From the NCBI GenBank assembly GCA_937877455.1, contig CALFIU010000100.1, positions 18,320-82,319 of the forward strand: DNA of 64,000 nt, in the 5' to 3' direction. Below the pieces are notes generated by a model that ran no database searches, had not been told where the DNA came from, and worked only from the letters and a program-made list of their open reading frames with translations. Below, piece after piece: positions 1 through 9,245 of this stretch. Each line of letters begins with the position of its first letter. The first letter of the stretch is position 1. The stretch is from an uncultured Bacteroidales bacterium. Its GTDB lineage: Bacteria > Bacteroidota > Bacteroidia > Bacteroidales > UBA3824. The translations under genes were made by a program, and so were the position numbers.

Positions 1-1241
1 CTTGCGTCCATGAAGTCAAGTTTTGTATTCACCTTTACCCACGCCTCCGAAACAGCGTCTTGGTCGGCAACTATAAATGCCGCTGCTTTGGTGAAACGAT
101 GGATGGGTGCAGTCAGTCGTACTTCGTGGACGTACACTTGTTGCTCTTCCTGCTCTTTAAGTATTATCGTACTTTTGTGGTCGGCATAACGCTCGTTGAT
201 GTCGTTGCATGTTTCATTCACTTCGTCCAAAGTAACGTAGGCGCATTGGATTCGTGTTGTGTCTGCCCCACTGAAGAATATCATATCTCCCTTTCCTGTC
301 AGGCGTTCTGCTCCTGTCTGGTCGAGAATAACACGGGAGTCTGTTCCCGTTGTTGTACGGAAAGCAATACGGGTAGGAAAGTTTGCCTTGATGTTTCCAG
401 TCACGATTGTTGCAGACGGTCGCTGTGTGGAGATAATCATGTGAATACCTACGGCACGGGCTTTCTGTGCAATGCGGCAGATGGCACGTTCCATCTGTTT
501 GCCAGAAGTCATAACGAGGTCGCCGTATTCATCAATTACGACAACGACGTATGGTAGTTTCTCTACGATAGGAATTGCATTATACTCTTTGATGTTTCGT
601 ACACCAACCGAGCTTAACAATTCGTATCGTTCATCCATGAGGTCGCAGACGGATTGAAGTTTCTGCTCTGCATCTTCCGGCTCTGTAATAACAGGTGATG
701 CAAGATAAGAAGACTCAATCTTTGAATAAAGGTTAAGTTCAACTTTCTTCGGGTCAATCAGGACAAGGCGTAATTCGTCTGGAGTCTTCTTATGCAAGAG
801 AGACATGAGAATAACATTCAGACCGACGGACTTTCCCTGTCCTGTTGCACCAGCCACAAGAAGATGCGGCATTTCTGCGAGGTCAGCCATAAAGATTTCA
901 TTGGTTACTGTCCGACCGATAGCACAAGGCAGTTCCATGACCGTGTTCTGATATTCCCATGAATTGAGAATGTCAGACATTTGCAGAACTTCCCTGTCTT
1001 TGTTCGGAACTTCAATTCCAACAGATCCGTCTTCCATCGGTGCAATGATACGTACTGAAGGAACACAGAGTGTTGCAGCAAGTTCGTCTTTGAGTCCGCG
1101 AATACGAGACACGCGAACACCGATTTGCGGACGAAACTTATAGAGCGTGACAGTTGTGCCACGAATTTCCTCAAAGTCGTAGGTTGTTATCTTGAAAGAC
1201 AACAGAACGGCTTTGATAAGTTCTTTTCTGTTTTCGTTCAT
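1..1241 (-). CDS. FtsK/SpoIIIE-family DNA translocase ATPase; the C-terminal end runs off the window
   Basis: Minus-strand ORF with ATG at 1239-1241, open to position 1. It is missing from the ORF track because it has no stop in the window. My translation contains Walker A LLVAGATGQGKS, Walker B YVVVVIDEYGDL, STQRPS, and RIAFRTTTGTDSRVILDQTGAERLTGKGDMIF, which together form the FtsK motor signature. Confidence 0.9.
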   Translation of the reverse strand, partial: MNENRKELIKAVLLSFKITTYDFEEIRGTTVTLYKFRPQIGVRVSRIRGLKDELAATLCVPSVRIIAPMEDGSVGIEVPNKDREVLQMSDILNSWEYQNTVMELPCAIGRTVTNEIFMADLAEMPHLLVAGATGQGKSVGLNVILMSLLHKKTPDELRLVLIDPKKVELNLYSKIESSYLASPVITEPEDAEQKLQSVCDLMDERYELLSSVGVRNIKEYNAIPIVEKLPYVVVVIDEYGDLVMTSGKQMERAICRIAQKARAVGIHMIISTQRPSATIVTGNIKANFPTRIAFRTTTGTDSRVILDQTGAERLTGKGDMIFFSGADTTRIQCAYVTLDEVNETCNDINERYADHKSTIILKEQEEQQVYVHEVRLTAPIHRFTKAAAFIVADQDAVSEAWVKVNTKLDFMDA

Positions 1242-1335
1242 AATTGCATTCTTTTGATTAGACAATAGAAAGAGCGGACGATGTTACTCAGTCCGCTCCA
1301 GATTGTTCTACTTTGCGTGAAAACCGCAAAGCACA

Positions 1336-1584
1336 CTACTCTTTGCACCATTCAGCACACGCAACCCCATACTTTTCAATATTGGCAATCATCATGTCGG
1401 CAACAATGAACGCTCCCTTGTAGCAAGGGTCATTCTCTTTGCCTTCGAGCCATGAAAGAGCCTTTTGCTTGAATTGTTCTGGGATTTTACCTGCGAGTGC
1501 CATTTTGTAGAAGAAACAATCCTCAACCAAACTGTTTGGTTTGATTTGCAGTTCAGGAATTTGTAATGCCTCTTCTTTTGTCAT
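1336..1584 (-). CDS. hypothetical protein
   Basis: ORF track. Same strand as its neighbours, and its start overlaps the stop of the upstream gene by 4 nt. Confidence 0.5.
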   Translation of the reverse strand: MTKEEALQIPELQIKPNSLVEDCFFYKMALAGKIPEQFKQKALSWLEGKENDPCYKGAFIVADMMIANIEKYGVACAEWCKE

Positions 1585-1943
1585 ATAACTTTCTTCATTT
1601 CTTTCTCTATCAAAGAGCGCAGGTAAGCGGTGATGTTACCTTGCTGGCAACAGAACGCATACATGTCTGAAGGTACTCTGAGCATGATGGTACGTATTTC
1701 ACCATTGAACTGCGTCTTTGTAGAGTTTGTAAACACTTGCGGGTAGCGTCTGTGTGCCTGACTTGCAGTAAGGACTTCTGCTTTCCCGTCGTACTTTGTC
1801 TCATTGTCGAGCATTGCCAGACGGCTACTGCTCTTGATGATGATTTTCTCTTCCTCTTTGAAATAGAGGATTCTCTGGTCTCTGCCAAGTTCGGAAACAT
1901 CGAAGAGTCCAGATGAAAGTTGGATAACTTTGTTTAATTCCAT
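1581..1943 (-). CDS. hypothetical protein
   Basis: ORF track. Co-directional and tightly packed with neighbours. Confidence 0.55.
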   Translation of the reverse strand: MELNKVIQLSSGLFDVSELGRDQRILYFKEEEKIIIKSSSRLAMLDNETKYDGKAEVLTASQAHRRYPQVFTNSTKTQFNGEIRTIMLRVPSDMYAFCCQQGNITAYLRSLIEKEMKKVI

Positions 1944-2016
1944 AACGTAAAGATTTGAATTTTATTGTTTGAATGGAAGTGTGATGGAATGTCTGTTCCA
2001 ACACACCTTTGAGAGA

Positions 2017-3207
2017 TTAGGCTGCTACAAGTTCAGCCACCAGGTCCTCTTCATAGACTACTTCACGATCATGTTTGTCGTGAATGCAGAAACCCTCAAC
2101 AGGCATGAGCAACATGAGGTCGGTGTTTTCATCGTCAATGATGATGCCACCACCACACTTCGGAAGATGGAAACCGCAGAACTTCTTTTGCTGAAGACGT
2201 TTGATACTGACTCTTGCACCGATTGTAATGTCAGACGGTGCGGAAAGTCTGTAAGTCTGTGTGCGGTCTTCAAAGTCGAAGTAGATGATGTCTGAGCCTT
2301 TGTAGGCTGTGATGTCAACTGCATCGTAAACACTGTAGGTCTTGACTTTTGAGAGCCATTTCTGAGCTTCTTTCACATCTTCGTCACAGAGCGCGAAGTG
2401 CTTCATGTCGGCAATGTCTGGCAGTACGCTCTTCCAATTCGGGAAACGTCCGTGCTGCTGGCTCTTTATCTTTGTGTCGCCAAGAACGGCAATCATTGTG
2501 TCGGTGCATTCCATGTAACCATGTTCGTCTGCCCCTCGCTCGTAGATTTCAAACGTGATGGCAGACTTTGCCTTTCGTGCATAGTCGCAGATACGTTTCC
2601 AGTCGTTCTTTCCAAACAATGCCTGAAACACTCTGTCTTCCTGTGCATAAGGTGTGCAGACTGTAATAGGATTGTTTGAGATAACTCCAAGTTCGTGACC
2701 ATCGGATGCAACAAAGTTGATATCGCCAGATGTTGCATTGATTTCAAGCAACACGTTATTCATAACGGGTCGCAGTTCATCGTCAGCAACAGAGTTAGCG
2801 AGCAACTTTGCATTCGCTGGGTTGTCGAGCGTGATGTCAACAGAGCCGACAAACTCACGTTCAATTTCCTCCTCATAGGTGAAGAAGATGTCGCCCTTGG
2901 CCTTTGCAAGAGATTTCCAATACTTCACCAGTTCAAACACCCTCATCGGAGGGAATGAGCAAGTGAAAGTATCAACAGTAACAGTTTGCAAACCCTCTTT
3001 TGTGTGGTCGTTGAACTTGGTGACGCAATCAATCATCGTATAGACATCGGAACGAGCTTTTGTAATGTCGTTGATTGATACAATACCTCCGTTTTCACTC
3101 ATGTACTTTCGCAGCCCTGCATGGTTTGCGATTGCATTGTCAAACACATTGTTTGCAATTTCATACATAGCCTGATAGATGGCTTGGTCTTTCTGTAAAT
3201 CGGTCAT
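2017..3207 (-). CDS. DNA polymerase III beta sliding-clamp-like protein with an unrelated N-terminal extension of about 140 aa
   Basis: Three motifs resemble bacterial DnaN landmarks: RPVMNNVLLEINA..FVASDGHELGV, GRFPNWKSVLP (compare the E. coli beta clamp GRFPDYRRVLP), and a C-terminal LMLLMPVEG. The spacing between landmarks is about one clamp domain shorter than in DnaN. Confidence 0.5.
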   Translation of the reverse strand: MTDLQKDQAIYQAMYEIANNVFDNAIANHAGLRKYMSENGGIVSINDITKARSDVYTMIDCVTKFNDHTKEGLQTVTVDTFTCSFPPMRVFELVKYWKSLAKAKGDIFFTYEEEIEREFVGSVDITLDNPANAKLLANSVADDELRPVMNNVLLEINATSGDINFVASDGHELGVISNNPITVCTPYAQEDRVFQALFGKNDWKRICDYARKAKSAITFEIYERGADEHGYMECTDTMIAVLGDTKIKSQQHGRFPNWKSVLPDIADMKHFALCDEDVKEAQKWLSKVKTYSVYDAVDITAYKGSDIIYFDFEDRTQTYRLSAPSDITIGARVSIKRLQQKKFCGFHLPKCGGGIIIDDENTDLMLLMPVEGFCIHDKHDREVVYEEDLVAELVAA

Positions 3208-3277
3208 AATTGATGAATTTTAATTTGGTTAAACTTAATCGTTTTGTTCCCGAAAACCGCTTCGGGAACAAATGCGG

Positions 3278-3676
3278 CTATGACTTATGAAGATTGTCAT
3301 GCCATACCAGACGGTCGGCTTCGTCAATGAGAATTTCAACACAGCCTTCATCGTCTGCAAAGAAATGTGTTGCACATTCTTTGGAACAAAGGCACGTTGT
3401 ACCATCAAAAAGATAACCTTGCGTGACTTCCTTTCCACATACGGCACAAGTTCTTTTGCTCTTGTGGAGTTTTGCGATGTCAACTCCTGCCGTAATTTCT
3501 CCGTCGGGTGCTGTGTAAACTGTTGCGGCAATGTAATCCCAGGAATACTCTTCGAGGGCATAATTGTCTTCGATGTAGGCTTCTTCCTCGCCATCGTACT
3601 TTGCGAGCGTTTCGTCTGAAACGTCTCCCACATAAAGCGTGTGGGTTTCGTGGTCTAAAATTGCTAATCTTTCCAT
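3278..3676 (-). CDS. hypothetical acidic protein with a C-terminal TRASH/FCS-like zinc ribbon
   Basis: ORF track, with an AATTATG start context. Contains the motif CAVCGKEVTQGYLFDGTTCLCSKEC (CxxC...CSxxC). Confidence 0.6.
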   Translation of the reverse strand: MERLAILDHETHTLYVGDVSDETLAKYDGEEEAYIEDNYALEEYSWDYIAATVYTAPDGEITAGVDIAKLHKSKRTCAVCGKEVTQGYLFDGTTCLCSKECATHFFADDEGCVEILIDEADRLVWHDNLHKS

Positions 3677-3735
3677 AATTGTAACTATTGGTTAATAGTT
3701 CTGCAAGCAGTCGCAAAACTGCTCACAGATAAAGT

Positions 3736-4443
3736 TTAGTACCACGATGTGTAGTAGTAGTCAAGATCGTCTGAAAGTTCGTCAATGATTTCGTCACATT
3801 CTTCTTTTGTGAGGTCTTCAATCTTTCGACCTTCGTTCTCATCTTCGAGATATGAGACAATATCATCTTTGTAGATACGCCATTTCTTAAACTGTTCCAT
3901 CGTGATACCCTCGCTTTCAGCAGCACATTCGTCAGAGCAAGCGTAGCCGTTGCAATTCAGATACCATCCTTCTTCCATGATTTTGCCACAATAGGTACAA
4001 ACTCTCATGGAGTCGCAGTTGAGCCAGTTGATAAGTATTTCCTCGCGGACTTTGCCAGAGCCTTCTTCAAGTGCTTTCTTGATTGCAGGAAAGATGTAGT
4101 CGAAAGATTCCTCCCCGACTTGCACTTTCACTTTAGCAACAATCTCGTTGTAGGCGTGTTTGGAAACCATCGACTCCAGCGTTTCTTTCTGTTCCTTTGG
4201 CTCTTGTATCACAATGCACCACCAACCACCATCAAGTTCCTCATCGTTGTAGTCATTCTCGAAGTCTGCAAGTGATGGAGTTTCGGACTGCCAACTATAT
4301 TTGTCGGCATCGTAGAACTTCACTTCGTCTTCTGGAAGTCTTTGCAACATATCCAGAACTTCTTGCGGTTGGTCACAGAATTGGTCAAACTCATGTCGCT
4401 CGTAGTTGAGCGAATTGTTTACTTTGTAAAATGCGATAGTCAT
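3736..4443 (-). CDS. hypothetical acidic protein with a TRASH/FCS-like zinc ribbon; paralog of the 3278-3676 motif
   Basis: ORF track, with an AATTATG start context. Contains the motif CTYCGKIMEEGWYLNCNGYACSDEC. Confidence 0.6.
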   Translation of the reverse strand: MTIAFYKVNNSLNYERHEFDQFCDQPQEVLDMLQRLPEDEVKFYDADKYSWQSETPSLADFENDYNDEELDGGWWCIVIQEPKEQKETLESMVSKHAYNEIVAKVKVQVGEESFDYIFPAIKKALEEGSGKVREEILINWLNCDSMRVCTYCGKIMEEGWYLNCNGYACSDECAAESEGITMEQFKKWRIYKDDIVSYLEDENEGRKIEDLTKEECDEIIDELSDDLDYYYTSWY

Positions 4444-4512
4444 AATTGAAAATGTTTATTGGTTAGAAAATAGTGACCATCTTCGTGGTTGTACGAAAAT
4501 GGTCTGTGAGAG

Positions 4513-5298
4513 TTAGCCCGGGTAGTCCGTCCAATCATCCCAATCTTCACCGTTTACATCTTCTTGAATGAGTGGGTTGACTTCCCAATCTTTCTTTGCT
4601 TCAGCAAGTGCTTCGTCAAAGTTGTTGGCTTCGATTTCAAATGTTCGTGAGAATGAGCCGGACACGCGAACGACAAACTTTCGTTTGGTCTTACTTTCAA
4701 CGTATGCAATGAGCTTGTCAAGGTCTTCGGATAAGAGTGAACTTTCTTCGTTGATGAACTCATCTTCACAAAAAGTGTTATGAACTGCAAGGGTGCCATC
4801 GCTTGTAAGCCCAAGACCCATCAAACAACAACCTTCTGCAATGCCACAAACATTTGCGCTTTCGTCACGTTCATCAATGTTGATTGAGAAACTTCCGTCG
4901 AAATCAATTTTCCCACCATGCTTCTTTACGATGTCTCGCAGGTGGGAAAGTTTCTTTTCCCGAATATCTTTCTTCAAGTGTTCGAGAATGTCAAGGAACG
5001 AGTCGGGGTCGTACATGAATACGCTTTCGCCTTCAATGACTTCATCTTTGGCTGTTGTGTCACGATGTACGATGAACACAACCATGCCACCGTGCCAGAC
5101 TTCAACGGCAGAACAAATCTCTGTGGTTGCTACTTCGCCTTCGATGTAGTGGACGTAGAACTTCTCACTGAAATGGTGTGCGCTATCCTCTGGGATAAGT
5201 TCACGGATTTCTTTCAGAATATCGTTCTTGATTTCCTGAAACTTGTTTGCATAATCTTTTCTTTCCATAATGTAATTGAATTTTATAGGGTTAGACAT
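4513..5298 (-). CDS. hypothetical acidic protein
   Basis: ORF track, 261 aa. The two overlapping plus-strand ORFs are antisense to it and look spurious. Confidence 0.6.
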   Translation of the reverse strand: MSNPIKFNYIMERKDYANKFQEIKNDILKEIRELIPEDSAHHFSEKFYVHYIEGEVATTEICSAVEVWHGGMVVFIVHRDTTAKDEVIEGESVFMYDPDSFLDILEHLKKDIREKKLSHLRDIVKKHGGKIDFDGSFSINIDERDESANVCGIAEGCCLMGLGLTSDGTLAVHNTFCEDEFINEESSLLSEDLDKLIAYVESKTKRKFVVRVSGSFSRTFEIEANNFDEALAEAKKDWEVNPLIQEDVNGEDWDDWTDYPG

Positions 5299-5340
5299 TT
5301 GGTTGGCAAGTACGGTGTTCGGTCGTACTTACCAGAGAGA

Positions 5341-5682
5341 TTAGGCAGCAATGCGGTCGATGTGCCATTTTGCTTCTTCCAAGACTTCATCGTAGGTTCC
5401 TTCGCGGTTGAAGTCACCATCAATCATTTCATCGTCTTGGTCGTAGATACACACTTGGAAGTTTGCATCGTCTTCCCAACTTTCATCAATGCGGATTCTG
5501 TAACCTTTGTAGTGGATAACTTCGTTACCACGAATAAGGTCAATAAGTTCTTGCACTGCTTGTTCTGCTGCCTTTACTTTGTCTTCAAGTTCGCAGGTGT
5601 CAACACCGTCTGCATACGAAACGTAAGCACTGATGTTTGATTTGATAGTATCTAAGTTAGAGGCTGCATAGTCGTTACTCAT
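5341..5682 (-). CDS. hypothetical acidic protein
   Basis: ORF track, with an AATTATG start context. Confidence 0.55.
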   Translation of the reverse strand: MSNDYAASNLDTIKSNISAYVSYADGVDTCELEDKVKAAEQAVQELIDLIRGNEVIHYKGYRIRIDESWEDDANFQVCIYDQDDEMIDGDFNREGTYDEVLEEAKWHIDRIAA

Positions 5683-5769
5683 AATTGAAAAGTTTTATCG
5701 GTTAGACAATAGCGGACAGCGCAAAGTGTTGGTTTGCGCTATCCATAGAGGGGTTAGAAAGTTTGGTGG

Positions 5770-6070
5770 TTAAAGTCTGTAGAAGTAACAGAAATCATAC
5801 GGCCAATGGCTGCTGTATTCCGCAACGGCATTGGGCTTGCAGAATGGAAGTTCCTTGCCTCTTGAAACGAGGTATTCACCTTTGAGAGTAATCCTGCCTT
5901 TGATAAGTTTTGTTCCGGCCGCATTGGATGCACTTTCAACGAAATACCTTTTTCCGTCAGTTTCGCCATACTTTTCCCATCCTTCAGGATAGCAGACATG
6001 GATGGAATACTCTTTCTTCTTTGCGCACCCCGTAATACATTCGAGAAGTTGCGCTAATTCTTTCTTTGTC
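5770..6070 (-). CDS. hypothetical protein
   Basis: This is the internal-Met version (MTKKELAQLL...) of track ORF 5770-6381. The ATG at 6068-6070 sits in a GAATTATG context, and this choice removes the overlap with 6114-6305. Confidence 0.45.
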
Positions 6071-6113
6071 ATAATTCTATCATTTTGGTAAAACTTGGTG
6101 ACTACTGGAGTTG

Positions 6114-6305
6114 CTATGCTCCAAATAGTCTTTTTAAGTTTGGGCGTGAGCGTAAGCCACGACTGATAGTGACATTGCAACATGGTGGAGGATAGACGTA
6201 GCCATATTCCCACAACTTTACGAAATGCGGTTTTTCCGCATACTGAGCCACGAAATACTTTGTTCCGTTGATCTCGTACTCTTTGTAATAGTAACCGATA
6301 GTCAT
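6114..6305 (-). CDS. hypothetical protein
   Basis: ORF track, 63 aa. It fits the gap between neighbouring genes. Confidence 0.4.
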   Translation of the reverse strand: MTIGYYYKEYEINGTKYFVAQYAEKPHFVKLWEYGYVYPPPCCNVTISRGLRSRPNLKRLFGA

Positions 6306-6307
6306 AG

Positions 6308-6721
6308 TTATGCCACTTTTCTTTCAAGCAGGGCGTTATACTCCTGCATGATTGTTTCTTGGTCGTATTCTTCATTGTCAATCATTGGCTCATAGAACTT
6401 CCATTCTTCATACCAAGGATAATCAACAATGCTCAAGTCTCTGTAAAACTCTTTGAACGCAGTGATGATAACATCGCGCTCGTCATAGTTGTTGTAGCCA
6501 TCAAAGACAAGTCCTTTCGTCCAAAAGTCAAAGTTAAAATCAATCTGGTTGATTCTCCATCCTTTGTTGTCTTCTGCAATGTTTACGGAAACATAGTCGG
6601 GTGTACCTGATTCCAATGTCACATGATGTCCGTAGTACATGAAATAGTTGTTGTTCGGGCAATCGGACTTTGTTATCTTGTCAATGAGACGTGATAACCA
6701 TTTGTGGGATTTCTTTGCCAT
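6308..6721 (-). CDS. hypothetical protein
   Basis: Track ORF 6308-6802 trimmed to MAKKSHKW..., whose ATG at 6719-6721 has an AATTATG context. Confidence 0.5.
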   Translation of the reverse strand: MAKKSHKWLSRLIDKITKSDCPNNNYFMYYGHHVTLESGTPDYVSVNIAEDNKGWRINQIDFNFDFWTKGLVFDGYNNYDERDVIITAFKEFYRDLSIVDYPWYEEWKFYEPMIDNEEYDQETIMQEYNALLERKVA

Positions 6722-6779
6722 AATTATTGAATTTAATTGGTTAGTGGCAAAGAATTGGGTTGTTACGCCCAATCCATTG

Positions 6780-7001
6780 TTAAGTTTTTGAAAGTTCTGC
6801 AATCTGATTGTTCACCTTTTCGATGCGTTCAAGCAGACGGTCTTCTTTCGTGGTGGAAAAGTTTAGTTTTGCGTGACGCATACCGTAGCCCCAACCCATA
6901 TTGTTTATACGCTCATGCTGTCTGCATTGTTCGAGGTATAAGCGGTGTTCGAGGTCGCTTTTCTTTTCCAGTAACTTCTTTAGTTTTTCTTCTTTTTTCA
7001 T
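6780..7001 (-). CDS. hypothetical protein, charged and probably coiled-coil
   Basis: ORF track, 73 aa. Confidence 0.45.
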   Translation of the reverse strand: MKKEEKLKKLLEKKSDLEHRLYLEQCRQHERINNMGWGYGMRHAKLNFSTTKEDRLLERIEKVNNQIAELSKT

Positions 7002-7063
7002 AACTGAATACTTTTGGATAATCGTACTTTCAAGAAAGATCGGTTTCTTGAAAGTCCAGAGGG

Positions 7064-7606
7064 TTAGTAATTAAAGCTCTTATCCTTTGGAAGTTCTGTG
7101 TAGAGCAAGTCGGCACTCCAGACACGATACTCGAAAGTGTCTTTGTCAATGCGAACAAAGATTGTCTGGCTTCTCTGAGGATTCCTGCTTACATCATCCA
7201 TGACACTATCACCGAAGACTTTGAGAAAGACTTTCTTTCTCTCGTCTCTTGCGTGCCAAATCTGACGTGCAACGTACTGGCGCATGAGTTTGATGGCATC
7301 TTCCAACTTAACAAAGTGATGGAAACCGTTTACCCAGCCGTGGTCGTTCACCTCGCACCTGACAAAGTAAACTCTTGTTGGTCTTGCGTCAATAGCATCT
7401 TCCAGACCTGCAAGATACTCAATCATCTGTGCAGAGGTTCTACGAGTCTTTGTTCCGCTAAATGGATATGGTTCAAGTTTATTTCCATTCACTTCACGAC
7501 AAAGATACTAGTAACCGTTTGCTTTTCGCAGGAGTAAGTTTGTACCTGCTTTCTCGTTGATTCTGTTCACCTGATTGGTGATGATTTCTTTGTTTGTTAT
7601 AGCCAT
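7064..7606 (-). CDS. hypothetical protein interrupted by one in-frame TAG at 7508-7510; the track reports only the GTG-started 7064-7492 part
   Basis: The ATG at 7604-7606 has the canonical AATTATG context and opens 32 codons. A TAG follows, and five codons later, in the same frame, comes the GTG the track uses as the start. The first in-frame ATG downstream of the TAG is about 20 codons into the track ORF (AQMIEYL), so the track ORF is GTG-started. Confidence 0.4.
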
Positions 7607-7668
7607 AATTGTAAGAATTAAAAGTTTTGGCTCCAAACTGAAGGCTTGGTTTCAGTCTGGAAAGAGAG

Positions 7669-7893
7669 TTACTTTGCTTGCAAGGCATTGTCATAGATGT
7701 ATGGCTGGCTTGAAACATTGTAAATGTAGTCACCACATCTTACGAGTTTTGCGTCTAATCCGTAATACAGATTTTTCATTCCGGCAATACTTCCACTGTA
7801 ATGAAAGTTCGGGAATCTCCATAAATCGCAAATGCCGTAATATGTTCTCGGCAAAGTTCTCACGGGATATTTCCCACGCTTCATTTTTGTCAT
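7669..7893 (-). CDS. hypothetical protein
   Basis: ORF track, 74 aa, with a CAGTTATG start context. Confidence 0.45.
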   Translation of the reverse strand: MTKMKRGKYPVRTLPRTYYGICDLWRFPNFHYSGSIAGMKNLYYGLDAKLVRCGDYIYNVSSQPYIYDNALQAK

Positions 7894-7959
7894 AACTGAA
7901 AAGTTTTGTAAATAATCGTACTTCCGTAGTCGGCAAAGACTACAGAAGTTTGCAGGAGG

Positions 7960-8313
7960 TTAGTTTTCGCGGATAATCTTCTGAATAGTGCGAATTTCTG
8001 AAGGATAGTCCTGACCAGCGCAGTAGTCACCACGAAAGCCGTAATGCTTGCAGATGATTGTGAGACGCGAAAGTATGCCGTAATTCTTGCCATTATAGCG
8101 CATGAGTTTCCATGCGTTTGACTTTCCGTTGGAATAGATAGCAGATGCAAACATTTCGTAGGCTTTCTGTCGCTCACTCTCTGGGAGCCGGAAGTTTACC
8201 CATCCGAGGCGGTCGTGGTAGAACTGACCCTTTTTGAAATCATTGAAATTGACTTCCCTTCCGTATGCTTGGGAAATCATGCCGCGTAAGGTCTTATAAT
8301 TTCTTGTCTTCAT
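7960..8313 (-). CDS. hypothetical protein
   Basis: Track ORF trimmed to MKTRNYKTL..., whose ATG at 8311-8313 has an AATTATG context. Confidence 0.5.
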   Translation of the reverse strand: MKTRNYKTLRGMISQAYGREVNFNDFKKGQFYHDRLGWVNFRLPESERQKAYEMFASAIYSNGKSNAWKLMRYNGKNYGILSRLTIICKHYGFRGDYCAGQDYPSEIRTIQKIIREN

Positions 8314-8378
8314 AATTGAAAAAGTTTTTGGTGAAACAATCGTCTGCCAGAGAGTTTCAAGGCTCTCCAGCAGAAGTG

Positions 8379-8726
8379 TCAGGCGCAACGCCTCACGATG
8401 TCATTCCAATGCTCAATACTTTCACGGCATAGCGAATAGAATTGCTTGCAATCGTCATAAGACTTTATGAAGTCCGTGTAGGATGCCCAGATAAGTTCGT
8501 CAAGATACTCTTTGTGCATTTTGTCTGTGATTGCAGGGCAGATGTCATTGTCTGGCTCAAACCATTCTGCAATATCATCGTAGTCGTAATGCACTATGAA
8601 TAGAAACTTTCTGTAACGTGTTCCTGCGTCATTGATGATGCGGCCTTGGACTTTCCAATACCAGTTGCAACACATGTCGTTTGACTGATGCCACAACAAA
8701 GTTCTTTTTGTAACTTTGATTTCCAT
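8379..8726 (-). CDS. hypothetical protein
   Basis: ORF track, 115 aa. Confidence 0.5.
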   Translation of the reverse strand: MEIKVTKRTLLWHQSNDMCCNWYWKVQGRIINDAGTRYRKFLFIVHYDYDDIAEWFEPDNDICPAITDKMHKEYLDELIWASYTDFIKSYDDCKQFYSLCRESIEHWNDIVRRCA

Positions 8727-8806
8727 AACTGATTGAATTTTGGTTAAAACAAAGAAGGCGCAGCCAAAACTAATTGACTGCGCCCATTCACACTAAATAA
8801 AGCAAA

Positions 8807-9184
8807 CTATGAATACTTTTGCATTATTTCATCGTAGCAAGCCTTCCACCTTGCAAAGTCTTCTTCCTCGGTGTACCAGACAGGCCACATCAATTTCCCG
8901 CTATTTCTAAGACGTAAGCGGACACCTGACTTTCCTTCAGCGTAACACATTGCGAAATGCTCCAAGTTTCCGAAGAAACAACAGCCGTTGTTTGTGGTTT
9001 CGGCACATGGCAGAACAGCTGTGAAGATGTCGCCTTTCAGTTCGGAATAGATGATCGTAAACTCTTTCCGGCAAACATTAGATTCGGTTTTCTCAACACC
9101 GATAATGTTCTTTTTCACAAACCACATATTAAGAAATTTCTTTCCGTGGTCGTTGGTCATTGCCATAACTTGTTGTAATTCCAT
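8807..9184 (-). CDS. hypothetical protein
   Basis: Track ORF trimmed to MELQQVMAM..., with ATG at 9182-9184. This removes the overlap with 9246-9911. Confidence 0.45.
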   Translation of the reverse strand: MELQQVMAMTNDHGKKFLNMWFVKKNIIGVEKTESNVCRKEFTIIYSELKGDIFTAVLPCAETTNNGCCFFGNLEHFAMCYAEGKSGVRLRLRNSGKLMWPVWYTEEEDFARWKACYDEIMQKYS

Positions 9185-9245
9185 AATCTTAAAGTTTTGA
9201 AGTTTATCGTACTCTCGCAGATTGTAATGTCTGCAAGAGTTTTGT

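Noticed and set aside
5770-6381. 203-aa ORF spanning two gene-sized units
   Set aside because: It overlaps 6114-6305 and the 3' end of 6308-6721. An internal ATG at 6070 with the canonical GAATTATG context gives a non-overlapping 100-aa gene.
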